Source of the DNA: Tubiluchus corallicola
Lineage: Eukaryota > Animalia > Priapulida
DNA length: 64,000 bases
Reading direction: 5' to 3'
NCBI GenBank assembly: GCA_030141605.1
Contig: JAQGDQ010000722.1
Span: 1-64,000 of the forward strand
Shown: piece by piece, positions 1-13,869 of the stretch
How the letters are laid out: every line of letters starts with the position of its first letter
Numbering within the stretch: the first letter of the stretch is position 1
Made by a program: the position numbers and the translations under genes
Notes under the pieces: model-generated
Seen by the model: only the letters and a program-made list of their open reading frames with translations
Databases searched by the model: none
What the model was told of the DNA's origin: nothing

Positions 1-3000
1 ATCCAGTGGTACTTACTGTGGAGACTGGTCTGAAGATCGGGTGATTATCCTTTAAGTGGCCAGCCCAAAATTGGTTATCCAGTGTAATTAAACGTGCTGT
101 GTTGTGTAATCCAATGGTGATTTATAAAGAGGCTGGCCTGAAGATCTGGTGAATATCCTTTAAGTGGCCAGCCCCAAATCAGTTATCCAGTGTAATTAAA
201 TGTGCTGTGTTGTGTAGTCCAATAGTGATTCATGAAGAGGCTGGCCTGAAGATCGGGTGATTATCCTTTAAGTGGCCAGCCCAAAATTGGTTATCCAGTG
301 TAATTAAACGTGCTGTGTTGTGTAATCCAATGGTGATTTATAAAGAGGCTGGCCTGAAGATCTGGTGATTATCCTATAAGTGGCCAGCCCCAAATCAGTT
401 ATCCAGTGTAATTAAATGTGCTGTGTTATCTAATATAATAGTGATTTATAAAGAGGCTGGCCTGAAGATCTGGTGATTATCCTTTAAGTGGCCAGCCCCA
501 AATCAGTTATCCAGTGTAATTAAATGTGCTGTGTTTCTGTAATCCAATAGTGATTTCTAAGGAGGCTGGCCTGAAGATCAGGTGATTATCCTTTAAGTGG
601 CCAGCCCAAAATTGGTTATCCAGTGTAGTTAAATGTGCTGTGTTGTGTAATCCAATAGTGATTTATAAAGAAGGTGGACTGAAGCTCAGTAGATTATCCT
701 ATAAGTGGCCAGCCCCAAATCAGTTATCCAGTGTAATTAAATGTGCTGTGTTATCTAATATAATAGTGATTTATAAAGAGGCTGGCCTGAAGATCTGGTG
801 ATTATCCTTTAAGTGAGGCCCCAAATCAGTTATCCAGTGTAACTAAATGTGTTGTGTTTCTGTAAGCCACTGGTGATTTCTAAAGAGGCTGGCCTGAAGA
901 TCTGGTGATTATCCTTTAAGTGGCCAGCCCAAAATTGGTTATCCAGTGTAATTAAATGTGCTGTGTTGTGTAATCCAATAGTGATTTATAAAGAGGCTGG
1001 CCTGAAGATCGGGTGATTATCCTATAAGTGGCCAGCCCCAAATCAGTTATCCAGTGTAATTAAATGTGCTGTGTTATCTAATATAATAGTGATTTATAAA
1101 GAGGCTGGCCTGAAGATCTGGTGATTATCCTTTAAGTGGCCAGCCCCAAATCAGTTATCCAGTGTAATTAAATGTGCTGTGTTATCTAATATAATAGTGA
1201 TTTCTAAAGAGGCTGGCCTGAAGATCTGGTGATTATCCTTTAAGTGGCCAGCCCAAAATTGGCTATCTAGTGTAATTAAATGTGCTGTGTTGTGTATTCC
1301 AATAGTGATTCATGAAGAGGCTGGCCTGAAGATCAGGTGATTATCATATAAGTGGCCTGCCCCAAATCAGTTATCAAGTGTAATTAAATGTGCTGTGTTA
1401 TCTAATATAATAGTGATCTCTAAAGAGGCTGGCCTGAAGATCTGGTGATTATCCTTTAAGTGGCCAGCCCCAAATAAGTTATCCAGTATAATTAAATGTG
1501 CTGTGTTGTGTAATCCAATAGTGATTTCTACAGAGGCTGGTTTGTGCTGCTAATCCAGTGGTACTTACTGTGGAGGCCGGCCTGAAGATCGGGTGATTAT
1601 CCTTTAAGTGGCCAGCCCAAAATTGGTTATCCAGTGTAATTAAATGTGCTGTGTTGTGTATTCCAATAGTGATTTATAAAGAGGCTGGCCTGAAGATCAG
1701 GTGATTATCCTATAAGTGGCCAGTCCCAAATCAGTTATCCAATGTAATTAAATGTGCTGTGTTATCTAATATAATAGTGATCTCTAAAGAGGCTGGCCTG
1801 AAGATCTGGTGATTATCCTTTAAGTGGCCAGCCCCAAATAAGTTATCCAGCGTAATTAAATTTGCTGTTTTGTGTAATCCAATAGTGATTTATAATGAGA
1901 CTGGCCTGAAGATCGGGTGATTATCCTATAAGTGGCCAGCCCCAAATCACTTATCCAGTGTAATTAAATTTGCTGTGTTATCTATTATAATAGTGATTTA
2001 TAAAGAGGCTGGCCTGAAGATCTGGTGATTATCCTTTAAGTGGCCAGCCCAAAATTGGTTATCCAGTGTAATTAAACGTGCTGTGTTGTGTAATCCAATA
2101 GTGATTTATAAAGAGGCTGGCCTGAAGATCAGGTGATTATCCTATAAGTGGCCTGCCCCAAGTCACTTATCCAGTGTAATTAAATGTGCTGTGTTATCTA
2201 ATATAATAGTGATCTCTAAAGAGGCTGGCCTGAAGATCTTGTGAATATCCTTTAAGTGGCCAGCCCCAAATAAGTTATCCAGTATAGTTAAATATTCTGT
2301 GTTGTGTAATCCAATAGTGATTTCTACAGAGGCTGGTTTGTGCTGCTAATCCAGTGGTACTTACTGTGGAGACTGGTCTGAAGATCGGGTGATTATCCTT
2401 TAAGTGGCCAGCCCAAAATTGGTTATCCAGTGTAATTAAATGTGCTGTGCTGTGTATTCCAATAGTGATTTATAAAGAGGCTGGCCTGAAGATCTGGTGA
2501 TTATCCTTTAAGTGGCCAGCCCCAAATCAGTTATCCAGTGTAATTAAATGTGCTGTGTTGTGTATTCCAATAGTGATTCATGAAGAGGCTGGCCTGAAGA
2601 TCAGGTGATTATCCTTTAAGTGGCCAGCCCAAAATTGGCTATCCAGTGTAATTAAATGTGCTGTGTTGTGTAATCCAATAGTGATTTATAAAGAGGCTGG
2701 CCTGAAGATCAGGTGATTATCCTATAAGTGGCCAGTCCCAAATCAGTTATCCAGTGTAATTAAATGTGCTGTGTTATCTAATATAATAGTGATTTATAAA
2801 GAGGCTGGCCTGAAGATCTGGTGATTATCCTTTAAGTGGCCAGCCCCAAATCAGTTATCCAGTGTAATTAAATGTGCTGTGTTGTGTAATCCAATAGTGA
2901 TTTATAATGAGACTGGTCTGAAGATCAGGTGATTATCCTTTAAGTGGCCAGCCCAAAATTGGTTATCCAGTGTAATTAGATGTGCTGTGTTGTGTAATCC

Positions 3001-6000
3001 TTCAGTGATTTATAAAGAGGCTGGCCTGAAGATCAGGTGATTATCCTATAAGTGGCCAGTCCCAAATCAGTTATCCAGTGTAATTAAATGTGCTGTGTTA
3101 TCTAATATAATAGTGATTTATAAAGAGGCTGGCCTGAAGATCAGGTGATTATCCTATAAGTGGCCAGTCCCAAATCAGTTATCCAGTGTAATTAAATTTG
3201 CTGTGTTATCTAATATAATAGTGATTTATAAAGAGGCTGGCCTGAAGATCTGGTGATTATCCTTTAAGTGGCCAGCCCAAAATTGATTATCCAGTGTAAT
3301 TAAATTTGCTGTGTTATCTAATATAATAGTGATTTATAATGAGACTGGCCTGAAGATCGGGTGATTATTCTTTAAGTGGCCAGCTTCAATTCACCTATCT
3401 AATTTAGTGAAATGTGTTGTGTTTCTGTAAGCCACTGGCGATATCTAAGGAGACTGGTCTGAAGATCAGGTGATTATCCTTTAAGTGGCCAGCCCCAAAT
3501 AAGTTATCCAGTATAATTAAATGTGCTGTGTTGTGTAATCCAATAGTGATTTCTACAGAGGCTGGCCTGAAGATCAGGTGATTATCCTATAAGTGGCCAG
3601 TCCCAAATCAGTTATCCAGTGTAATTAAATTTGCTGTGTTATCTAATATAATAGTGATTTATAAAGAGGCTGGCCTGAAGATCTGGTGATTATCCTTTAA
3701 GTGGCCAGCCCAAAATTGATTATCCAGTGTAATTAAATGTGCTGTGTTGTGTAATCCAATAGTGATTTATAATGAGACTGGCCTGAAGATCGGGTGATTA
3801 TTCTTTAAGTGGCCAGCTTCAATTCACCTATCTAATTTAGTGAAATGTGTTGTGTTTCTGTAAGCCACTGGCGATATCTAAGGAGACTGGTCTGAAGATC
3901 TGGTGATTAATCTTTAAGTGGCCAGCCCAAAATTGGTTATCCAGTGTAATTAAATGTGCTGTGTTATCTAATATAATAGTGATCTCTAAAGAGGCTGGCC
4001 TGAAGATCTGGTGATTATCCTTTAAGTGGCCAGCCCCAAATAAGTTATCCAGTGTAATTAAATTTGCTGTGTTATCTAATATAATAGTGATTTATAAAGA
4101 GGCTGGCCTGAAGATCTGGTGATTATCCTTTAAGTGGCCAGCCCAAAATTGATTATCCAGTGTAATTAAATGTGCTGTGTTGTGTAATCCAATAGTGATT
4201 TATAATGAGACTGGCCTGAAGATCGGGTGATTATTCTTTAAGTGGCCAGCTTCATTTCACCTATCTAATTTAGTGAAATGTGTTGTGTTTCTGTAAGCCA
4301 CTGGCGATATCTAAGGAGACTGGTCTGAAGATCTGGTGATTAATCTTTAAGTGGCCTGCCCCAAATCAGTTATCAAGTGTAATTAAATGTGCTGTGTTAT
4401 CTAATATAATAGTGATCTCTAAAGAGGCTGGCCTGAAGATCTGGTGATTATCCTTTAAGTGGCCAGCCCCAAATAAGTTATCCAGTATAGTTAAATATTC
4501 TGTGTTGTGTAATCCAATAGTGATTTCTACAGAGGCTGGTTTGTGCTGCTAATCCAGTGGTACTTACTGTGGAGACTGGTCTGAAGATCGGGTGATTATC
4601 CTTTAAGTGGCCAACCCAAAATTGGTTATCCAGTGTAATTAAACGTGCTGTGTTGTGTAATCCAATGGTGATTTATAAGGAGGGTGGCCTGAAGCTCGGG
4701 AGATTATCCTATAAGTGGCCTGCCCCAAATCAGTTATCCAGTGTAATTAAATGTGCTGTGTTATCTAATATAATAGTGATTTATAAAGAGGCTGGCTTGA
4801 AGATCAGGTGATTATCCTTTAAGTGGCCAGCCCCAAATAAGTTATCCAGTGTAATTAAATTTGCTGTGTTATCTAATATAATAGTGATTTATAAAGAGGC
4901 TGGCCTGAAGATCTGGTGATTATCCTTTAAGTGGCCAGCCCAAAATTGATTATCCAGTGTAATTAAATGTGCTGTGTTGTGTAATCCAATAGTGATTTAT
5001 AATGAGACTGGCCTGAAGATCGGGTGATTATTCTTTAAGTGGCCAGCTTCATTTCACCTATCTAATTTAGTGAAATGTGTTGTGTTTCTGTAAGCCACTG
5101 GCGATATCTAAGGAGACTGGCCTGAAGATCTGGTGATTAATCTTTAAGTGGCCTGCCCCAAATCAGTTATCAAGTGTAATTAAATGTGCTGTGTTATCTA
5201 ATATAATAGTGATCTCTAAAGAGGCTGGCCTGAAGATCTGGTGATTATCCTATAAGTGGCCAGCCCCAAATCACTTATCCAGTGTAATTAAATTTGCTGT
5301 GTTATCTATTATAATAGTGATTTATAAAGAGGCTGGCCTGAAGATCTGGTGATTATCCTTTAAGTGGCCAGCCCCAAATCAGTTATCCAGTGTAATTAAA
5401 TGTGCTGTGTTGTGTATTCCAATAGTGATTCATGAAGAGGCTGGCCTGAAGATCAGGTGATTATCCTATAAGTGGCCTGCCCCAAGTCACTTATCCAGTG
5501 TAATTAAATGTGCTGTGTTATCTAATATAATAGTGATCTCTAAAGAGGCTGGCCTGAAGATCTGGTTAATATCCTTTAAGTGGCCAGCCCCAAATAAGTT
5601 ATCCAGTATAGTTAAATATTCTGTGTTGTGTAATCCAATAGTGATTTCTACAGAGGCTGGTTTGTGCTGCTAATCCAGTGGTACTTACTGTGGAGACTGG
5701 TCTGAAGATCGGGTGATTATCCTTTAAGTGGCCAGCCCAAAATTGGCTATCTAGTGTAATTAAATGTGCTGTGTTGTGTATTCCAATAGTGATTTATAAA
5801 GAGGCTGGCCTGAAGATCAGGTGATTATCCTATAAGTGGCCAGTCCCAAATCAGTTATCCAGTGTAATTAAATGTGCTGTGTTGTGTAATCCAATAGTGA
5901 TTTATAATGAGACTGGTCTGAAGATCAGGTGATTATCCTTTAAGTGGCCAGCCCAAAATTGGTTATCCAGTGTAATTAGATGTGCTGTGTTGTGTAATCC

Positions 6001-7017
6001 TTCAGTGATTTATAAAGAGGCTGGCCTGAAGATCAGGTGATTATCCTATAAGTGGCCAGTCCCAAATCAGTTATCCAGTGTAATTAAATTTGCTGTGTTA
6101 TCTAATATAATAGTGATTTATAAAGAGGCTGGCTTGAAGATCAGGTGATTATCCTATAAGTGGCCAGTCCCAAATCAGTTATCCAGTGTAATTAAATTTG
6201 CTGTGTTATCTAATATAATAGTGATTTATAAAGAGGCTGGCCTGAAGATCTGGTGATTATCCTTTAAGTGGCCAGCCCAAAATTGATTATCCAGTGTAAT
6301 TAAATGTGCTGTGTTGTGTAATCCAATAGTGATTTATAATGAGACTGGCCTGAAGATCGGGTGATTATTCTTTAAGTGGCCAGCTTCATTTCACCTATCT
6401 AATTTAGTGAAATGTGTTGTGTTTCTGTAAGCCACTGGCGATATCTAAGGAGACTGGTCTGAAGATCAGGTGATTATCCTTTAAGTGGCCAGCCCAAAAT
6501 TGGTTATCCAGTGTAATTAAATGTGCTGTGTTGTGTAATTCAATTGTAATTTCTAAAGAGGCTGGCCTGATGATCTGGAGATTATCCTTTAAGTGGCCAG
6601 CCCAAAATTGATTATCCAGTGTAATTAAATGTGCTGTGTTGTGTAATCCTTTAGTGATTTATAAAGAGGCTGGCCTGAAGATCTGGTGATTATCCTTTAA
6701 GTGGCCAGCCCAAAATTGGTTATCCAGTGTAATTAAATGTGCCGTGTTGTGTAATCAGGTACTGTTTTCTAAAGAGGCTGGCCTGAAGATCATGTCATTA
6801 TCCTTTAAGTGGCCAGCTTTAATTCAGCTATTTTGTTTAGTGAAATGTGTTGTGTTTTTATAAGCCTTTGGTGCTTCATTGGTGCTTTCCAAGGAGACTT
6901 GTCTGAAGATTTTGTGATTATCCTTCATGTGGTCAGCCTCATGTCGGCTGTCTAGTGTAGTTAAGTGTGCTCTTAATCCAGTGTAATTCAATCGTGATTT
7001 CTGTGGCCTGAAGATCC
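1..7017. repeat. 108-bp tandem satellite array (~64 monomers, runs off the window start)
   Basis: GGCTGGCCTGAAGATC recurs at 131, 239, 347... (period 108). Consensus GAGGCTGGCCTGAAGATCTGGTGATTATCCTTTAAGTGGCCAGCCCCAAATCAGTTATCCAGTGTAATTAAATGTGCTGTGTTGTGTAATCCAATAGTGATTTATAAA has stops in all six frames. Array decays after ~6750. Confidence 0.97.
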
Positions 7018-8619
7018 ACTAGTGTAACGTGAAAGTGGCTGTGTGGAGGGAAATCCGAAGATCAGCTATATTCATTATCCTGATCCCGCTTTGGTTTGAT
7101 TTACGTGTTAAGTATATTATTTTGTTTTATCTGGTAATGTTTATGAATGGCAGCGATTCATTGCTTGAGTGTTCATTCCAAAGAATGTGTTCATTAAATT
7201 ATATCAATTAGTGTGCATTTGTGTAGTTTATTGAATGCAAGACTTCTGCAAGATTTAGCAATAACATTTTATCGTCTATAACTAGAGGACACTCAACATT
7301 TTTTAATTGTTGGTATCTTTGGTATCTTCTCATTCTTTTGCACTACGAGTTTTTCGGCTTACGATTGGTTCAGTTTGCCTAATAGAGCCAGTTTATTGAC
7401 AGCAATGGTTAGAAACAGAGTATATATTAGATAACATCTAATTAGTGACACTCGTGGGCTACATAAAATGACGTCACTCGCCTCATGAGATTGTTATCAA
7501 AATGGATTGTAGTCATATTTTTTAAAAATGGGGTGGGTGATTAATACAATTTTTATTAAATATTGTATTGTTGGCCTTGTTTTATATATTTTCTCCTTAC
7601 AGGGAAATGGATTCCATTTATCTCGCTAAATTTATTTTTTAATTTAATTTTTAACAGTTTTAATTGGCCCATTTGTCCACGTTAAATGCCTTTCGTGAAA
7701 ACTACACGTGTCTCCGTTTGTTATATTCTATCGTGCAAATGAGAATATCAATACAAGATTGTGGTGCAGTACATCAGTCTCCTTCATCTGAAGAATTTAT
7801 GCTTTTTTGGGGCATGTTGCCTTGATTTCGTTTGTTTCGAACATACACGTAATTCATAGAACAGACACGAGGTAATTTTTTTGAAAGAGGGCTAAAAACT
7901 GTGGCACGGAAACGCCTACATAAGATCTACATTTTTCAGGATGCCATTGCTGAAAAAGGTTGAGAACCAATGATCTAGATATCCAGCAGTGAGATAATAT
8001 CACTACAACATTATTTCAGTAATTAAGTACGTTGATACTAGGTGGAGACACTCTGCCGTCGCTGAGATTAATTCAACGTGATTGCACAACTATTTCACTC
8101 CAGCAGCAGCTGAACACCGAGTGTATCTATTATTAAGAAAAGAAGTCTATCTCAATGTTATTTGACGCTTTTAAAATCAAATTCCCGTGAAAAAATATTT
8201 AGAGCATATAAACTACTGTAAACAACCAATAATATCGAAACAATTATCACTGATGAATGTATGAATATGTTAGTAATTAAAAATTACTGTTACTGCATAT
8301 AGCATAAATAATTGTTTTGTTTACGCTATACGACATTTGGTACCTCGGTTTCTCCTGTTATTGGGATGAACTGCATGTTAGTTCGCAGTTTTTGTTTAGC
8401 ACCCTTAAAGCTGCATAATTGCGTTGGCTCTTTCGCTATTTTCGATTTTATCCTCTTCAGCCCGACGTATTGCATTTTGTTAACTAGAGAAACTGCTAAT
8501 TAAACAGCAAGATTCACCGGTAAATTAAAGATCTTTTAGAAACCAATTAATGTATATTAAGAGTCCTGCCGGAAGAAACTTTTAAAAATATGTGTCCCCT
8601 AGTTCATTCAGCAAGCCAA

Positions 8620-8850
8620 TCAGCCAGCTGATAAATCAGTTAGTTAAGCCAACTAATCAACCAAACACAAGCAACGGACCAACCAACCGACATTGACCGA
8701 CTGACTGACCGATCGATGGACTGACAAGTCGACTGACTGACCAATCGACCGACTGTGCGACTGGCCGACCAAATCCTACCGAATCAACCACTTAGCCAAC
8801 AAACCAGCTAGCCAACTGATCGCGATTGGCTGACCAACCAAATAATCAGC
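8620..8850. repeat. degenerate tetranucleotide repeat (GACT/CAAC-type)
   Basis: ccaaccaaccgacattgaccgactgactgaccgatcg... low-complexity tetramer run. Confidence 0.6.
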
Positions 8851-11109
8851 TTCAGAGCCAACCGTCAACACTTTTTCAAAGTGACAGTGACATGCCTACA
8901 CCAGTTACTGCTATCAAATGAATTATTTCGGCTAATGGAGAAGGTTAGTGTTCAATCCAGAGGAATAGTAAAACCTTATATGGTAGTAGGAAATATACCA
9001 ATGCAGATCTTCTAATATGGTACGTTGTGTTACATTGCAAAACTAATTGAGAAGTTTCTAAGTGTTTCGCTTTTGGAAACGCCCTTTCGCTTTAAATGTT
9101 ACAGGCAAAAAATCACAGATTTAGACAAGCATAGATCTTGAAACTTGGTTTTAGCGCGTTCCGCTTATTATTAATGCTATGTCGTGGCTGTCGTGGCTAG
9201 ATTTTTTACAAACAATAACATTAATATTATTAAAATAAACAAAATTTCAGAGCTATTTTGCCCCAAAGTATCTTATGTTGGCTTTCATGGAAAACTCACT
9301 GCAAAAAGTGAGTTCCGATCGTCAGTTTGGGTCCTAGAAAAAATACTGTATTTTTTCACTCTTTCGCTCATTCATTTTGTCTGTCACACTTTTTTCAGTT
9401 TCAAGTATTTATCCAAAAGTAAAGAAGTCAAAATTTCGTAAGATGATTAGCTAGAATGTTATTGGTTCAAAACATAAAAAGCAGCAACTCCTTCGTTAAT
9501 TAATTAATTGCTTAGAACTGTTTAATTAATTGGTTTTTTAATACGCGTGAGTGAACTATTTGTCAGTGTAACTGAGGATAGAGCTAGCTGGGACGCTTTG
9601 AGTATTTCAATAAAAACATTATTCCATCTTTTTATAATTATAATTACTTTTCATAATTAAGGCGATGGTTCCCAAACAGCTCTGTTTCTGAAGTCTGAAG
9701 ATATTTTTCCACTGTACGTTAGGACGGTTTTTGCAATAATGAGATGTTGTTCTAGATGCAAGGTTGGAAAAAATTTTCTGGGAAAACTTGTCTGTAAAGC
9801 TCTTAATTTGAACACGAATGATTAAAACTGTGACCCTAATTTACGGAAAGCCATAAATAAAAAGAACCAAGAACTGGCGATTAGCAAGTGAAGTTCTAAT
9901 AATTTTTCATGCATACGTAAGGCTTGCAGATAATTAAACGCTAAGTAGCACTGTTGCATAATAGCTTAATAAGGCTGAGAATTTTCGTTGGAAATGCTGT
10001 ACAATGACAAGGCAAAACCGTAATCATGAAAACGCAAGCTGCAATTTCTCTACAAGCTTAGAATTTTTATCACTCGTCTGTATGAGAGGAGTGCCCAGGC
10101 CACATTCCTCGCTTTGCAACTCGTGCTCTCTTAAATTTCTCTATATTTTGAACTGATAATTATTTTTCACCATGACACTTTCTACATAATTACAGTTTGT
10201 TAACTATAATTGATTATTAAAATCATTTGTAAAGTGGAATTTTTCTTTTATATAACAATCCAATAAAAAATATGTAGACCATAAAATTTCGATTAGTACC
10301 CAGTTAAGTTGTTGGGAAGTCCAAAAAGCCACAAGGGATGGTATTTGAAGTAGACAAACCAAAATATTGAGATTGCCAGAGTATTTCAACCAGTTTATGT
10401 CAGTCTGACTTTTTATTTTTGTCTTTGTAGATGTTGATACGGTGGCAAAAGTGTTAATATATTTTTTACACTTTCTCGTATGAATTAGCTACGTTGACGA
10501 AATGGGTTTATACTGTTTTGTCGTCTAGCGCGTAATTGTTGGCATTATTGCTGCATTCCTTTCAAAAAATCTTTTGTGTTTAAGCGAACACAGGGTAATG
10601 AAGCTGTTAAATTAATGGAACAGGTGAGAGGAAAAATTGTCATCTTTTAGTGGGTTTCGTTTAATGGCCGTGTTAAGATGTTATCCAATTGGCAGATATG
10701 CGTCAGAATTTATGAATCCTTTGCTATTCGTGATGTCCGAAGTCACGAAGTCACGAAAATCGCTCGTTTGTAGAAAACTATGAATTGATGAACCATGAAT
10801 TGAAGTGTCTCTATACAGCTTTTGAAAGTACTGTAGTTAATGATGCTGATTAAGACAGGCTAGTATTCCTAAGAATGTATAAAATCATGTCTGAGATTAC
10901 AGTTTCTTTAGGACAGACTTTGTTTATAATAGTCTTCAGTATGAAAACTAATCAAATCTGGTGTTCCTCAAGTCGGTCTCTACTTTTTCTATCTATGGTA
11001 ATGATACTACTCTGTATATACTCTGTATATTACGACAATGTGCGTCTTGACAACGGTAACTAGAAACGTCTCAGTTGAAGGGTTTAGGTTCATTTCACAG
11101 AAAAGCGAC

Positions 11110-11730
11110 ACAATACATCCCAGAGCAGTTTTCACAAAAAATAATAGCCCCGAAAAAAGAACTTTCCAGAAAAAACTGGCAGAAGAATTTTTTCCAGAAA
11201 ATATTTTCCCTCAAATTCTCTTTCGCAGATAAAAACATTCCCAGAAAATTTTTTGTAGCAGAAAAATCACGGTTAGTTTTCAGTTGCTAAGTCTACTCTT
11301 TTAGTTGCTTAGTCTCTCTTTTTCTTTGCTTTTTCTTCTTTACCTCCGTCTCTTCCTATACCCTCTCATTTTCTCCCTCCCTCTCCCTTCCTCTCTCTTT
11401 CTCTCCCTCCCTCTATATCTTTCTCCTTCTCTTTCTTCCCCATCTCTCCCTCCTCTCCCTCTCTCTTTCCCTTCTCGTTCTCTGTACCTCAACCGCCCTC
11501 TCTCTCATTCTCTTTTTGCTTTTTAATTATCTACCGTGCTCTGACTAATGACTATCAGATACCAGAATAATTTCAAATGACGCAATGTTTAAGAGAGGAA
11601 ATGACAATTCTGGAAAAAATTTCTGGGAAGTAATTTCTTATTTCGAAAAGGTTTTCTGTGATTTTTTTGCCTTGCAAAAATTATTCTGGCATAAAGTTTT
11701 TTTAAAAAAATCTCTTCTGGGAAACAAGTC
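11110..11730. mobile_element. foldback/MITE-like element: inverted arrays of TTCCAGAAAA-type subrepeats around a CT-rich core
   Basis: Left arm 11110-11270 repeats ttccagaaaa/ttcccagaaaa; right arm 11600-11730 repeats ttctggaaaa/ttctggg (reverse complement); pyrimidine tract 11310-11525 between. Confidence 0.45.
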
Positions 11731-13869
11731 TAGCCCATTTGAAATGGTTCTTAAATTGATTGATTGATCTTGGGGCAATTACTGGCTTGTAGCTTGTATT
11801 GTGGTTGAACGTGGTTAAGACATTTGCTGGTTCAGTGTCTCAGTTTAGAGGCTCGCCCATGATAAAGAGCCAGGTGTTGCTCTTGCCACAAACATCAAGG
11901 TTAAGTAGATCCTGCTGCTGAATGCTGGATCCTAGCTTGCAGAGTATTAAAGTGTAAAAAGAACAAAAAGTAAAACACGGACAAAAATGGTTGTTTATTA
12001 ATAATTTTTTATTAATAATTTTAATAAAGTCCAAAAAAGATGAATCTAGTAATAGAGTTAACATGAATCGCGCAAGATCTTTTCTGCCTTATTTGGAAAA
12101 ATTGATAGTAATACTTATACTGACGGAATTGTTTGTTTAAAATATCTTAGAACTTACGCTCAAACATTGAATAAGCAGTCTACTCAAGTCCCATGCCAGA
12201 ACTGGACATGTATTAAGTGGATCCATAATGTGACTCACTGGCTCGTCTCTTGTTCTCTTATGATGATTCCAAAAGTTACTTTTCGCAGAAGCTACTCACT
12301 TATAGCTGTCTACGGGAGATATATTCAAAGATTTATTAATCAAAAATGAAATAGCTGATAGAAGCCTAACTAAAGATACCAAGCAAATACATTTGAAGAG
12401 GCTACATATTCTAGGCTGCATTTACGAACTGCATTAAGAGCAAGGTGCCCGGGCACAGGACAAAAATTTTTACGTAGAATTTATGTATTCGCTGAAGAGA
12501 TTGGAGTGAAAAGTCTTCCTGGGACTGTCATAAATAAAAGCATTTTTTAGAATTTACATGCATATCAAGTTTATAGTAGACGTAACTTCCACAGCCATTC
12601 TCTTCCGTGTGTACAAAACGCGTTCTCATAATGATTTTACACAAAAAGCTTGCACGTACAAACTCGAGTCTTGTACAAGTACTTGCGTACGCTGGCTATG
12701 TTTTCGTGATAAAGTTGCACCTAAATTATTTTATTTTACTTCCTGCTAATGGCCTCTTTGAAAGAAACTGAACAAAGACTGTTTTACTCTGACTTGTAGA
12801 TCAGTTTTACTACTCTGTTAATTCGTTCAAGTCAAATTTGTAGTTCTTTGTGGACGTGCCCAGTGCAGCAACATTGTTATAAGCATCTTAACAAATGTTT
12901 GAAATTTTTTTACAGTAGTTCAAATATAAAGATTTTAATTTTTGCTGCATTCAATTTTAATGTTTGTTCCTGCATGATTAGTAGATTATTTACACAATTT
13001 AATTCCGAGAATAATTTAATAGACTTTTTAGTCTCATTTTTATAAGTAAAAGCGAAAATATTGTAAACGTTAATTTCGCAAAAATTAAGTGAATTTGAAA
13101 AGTTCAAAGTAAAGCTGCTTGGAAAATATTTTTTAATCTTCCAATTTGGTCGGTGTGGTGGTATTGAAAAAAGTGAGAAAATGCCTACTTTTCAGAGCAA
13201 AATAAATTATTTAGCGAACGTCAACGCGAAGCACGTTGCAGATTACTGTTATCGTGTTCGTCACCGTCACATCTGGTGCTTAGAACTTGTGTCTCTTCTC
13301 TGCCTAACCAGCACGTCGAAATCATCGTCGTCATCGCTGTCGCCGTAGTCACTCCGTGATCGTGCCGTTTTCAGTATCCTATAAAAAATGGATGAAAATT
13401 CGATAGTTTTCTGTTACCTTTTTACATCTTTCTATGCTGGTTAAAACTATATACCTTTTAGCAGTGATGCTCGCATACTTTCCAAGAAAAGCAGTGCACA
13501 TAGACACAACTACACGTCGAAAGCATTTGAAAGATTTCTTCTTGAGAGATCCGTCCTAGTTTTCTTCTCATTTTTTTCTTCTGGATAGGTTTCTCTTTAA
13601 AATTCAGGGTTTCATCACCATACCTACTTTTTTGACTTAAAATGGCAGTTTAGGGCGTTTGTAAAGAATTGTGAGATCGCCCTTTATTATTTCAGTTTCT
13701 TTGGTGTATACTTTCTTTACCCAATACCTTTTTATAAAACAAATATTTTTATAAATAGATTAAACTTAACCACAGATTTTAATAGGTTTAGTTTTAACCA
13801 TTCACGAAAGATTTAAAATAAGCTATACATTTTTAGAAACAATTTATTCGATATACATGTGTTATTATT

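Noticed and set aside
1-7017. CRISPR array or coding tandem repeat (108 bp = 36 codons)
   Set aside because: No unique spacers (the whole unit repeats), eukaryotic context, no cas genes, and the consensus has stops in all six frames
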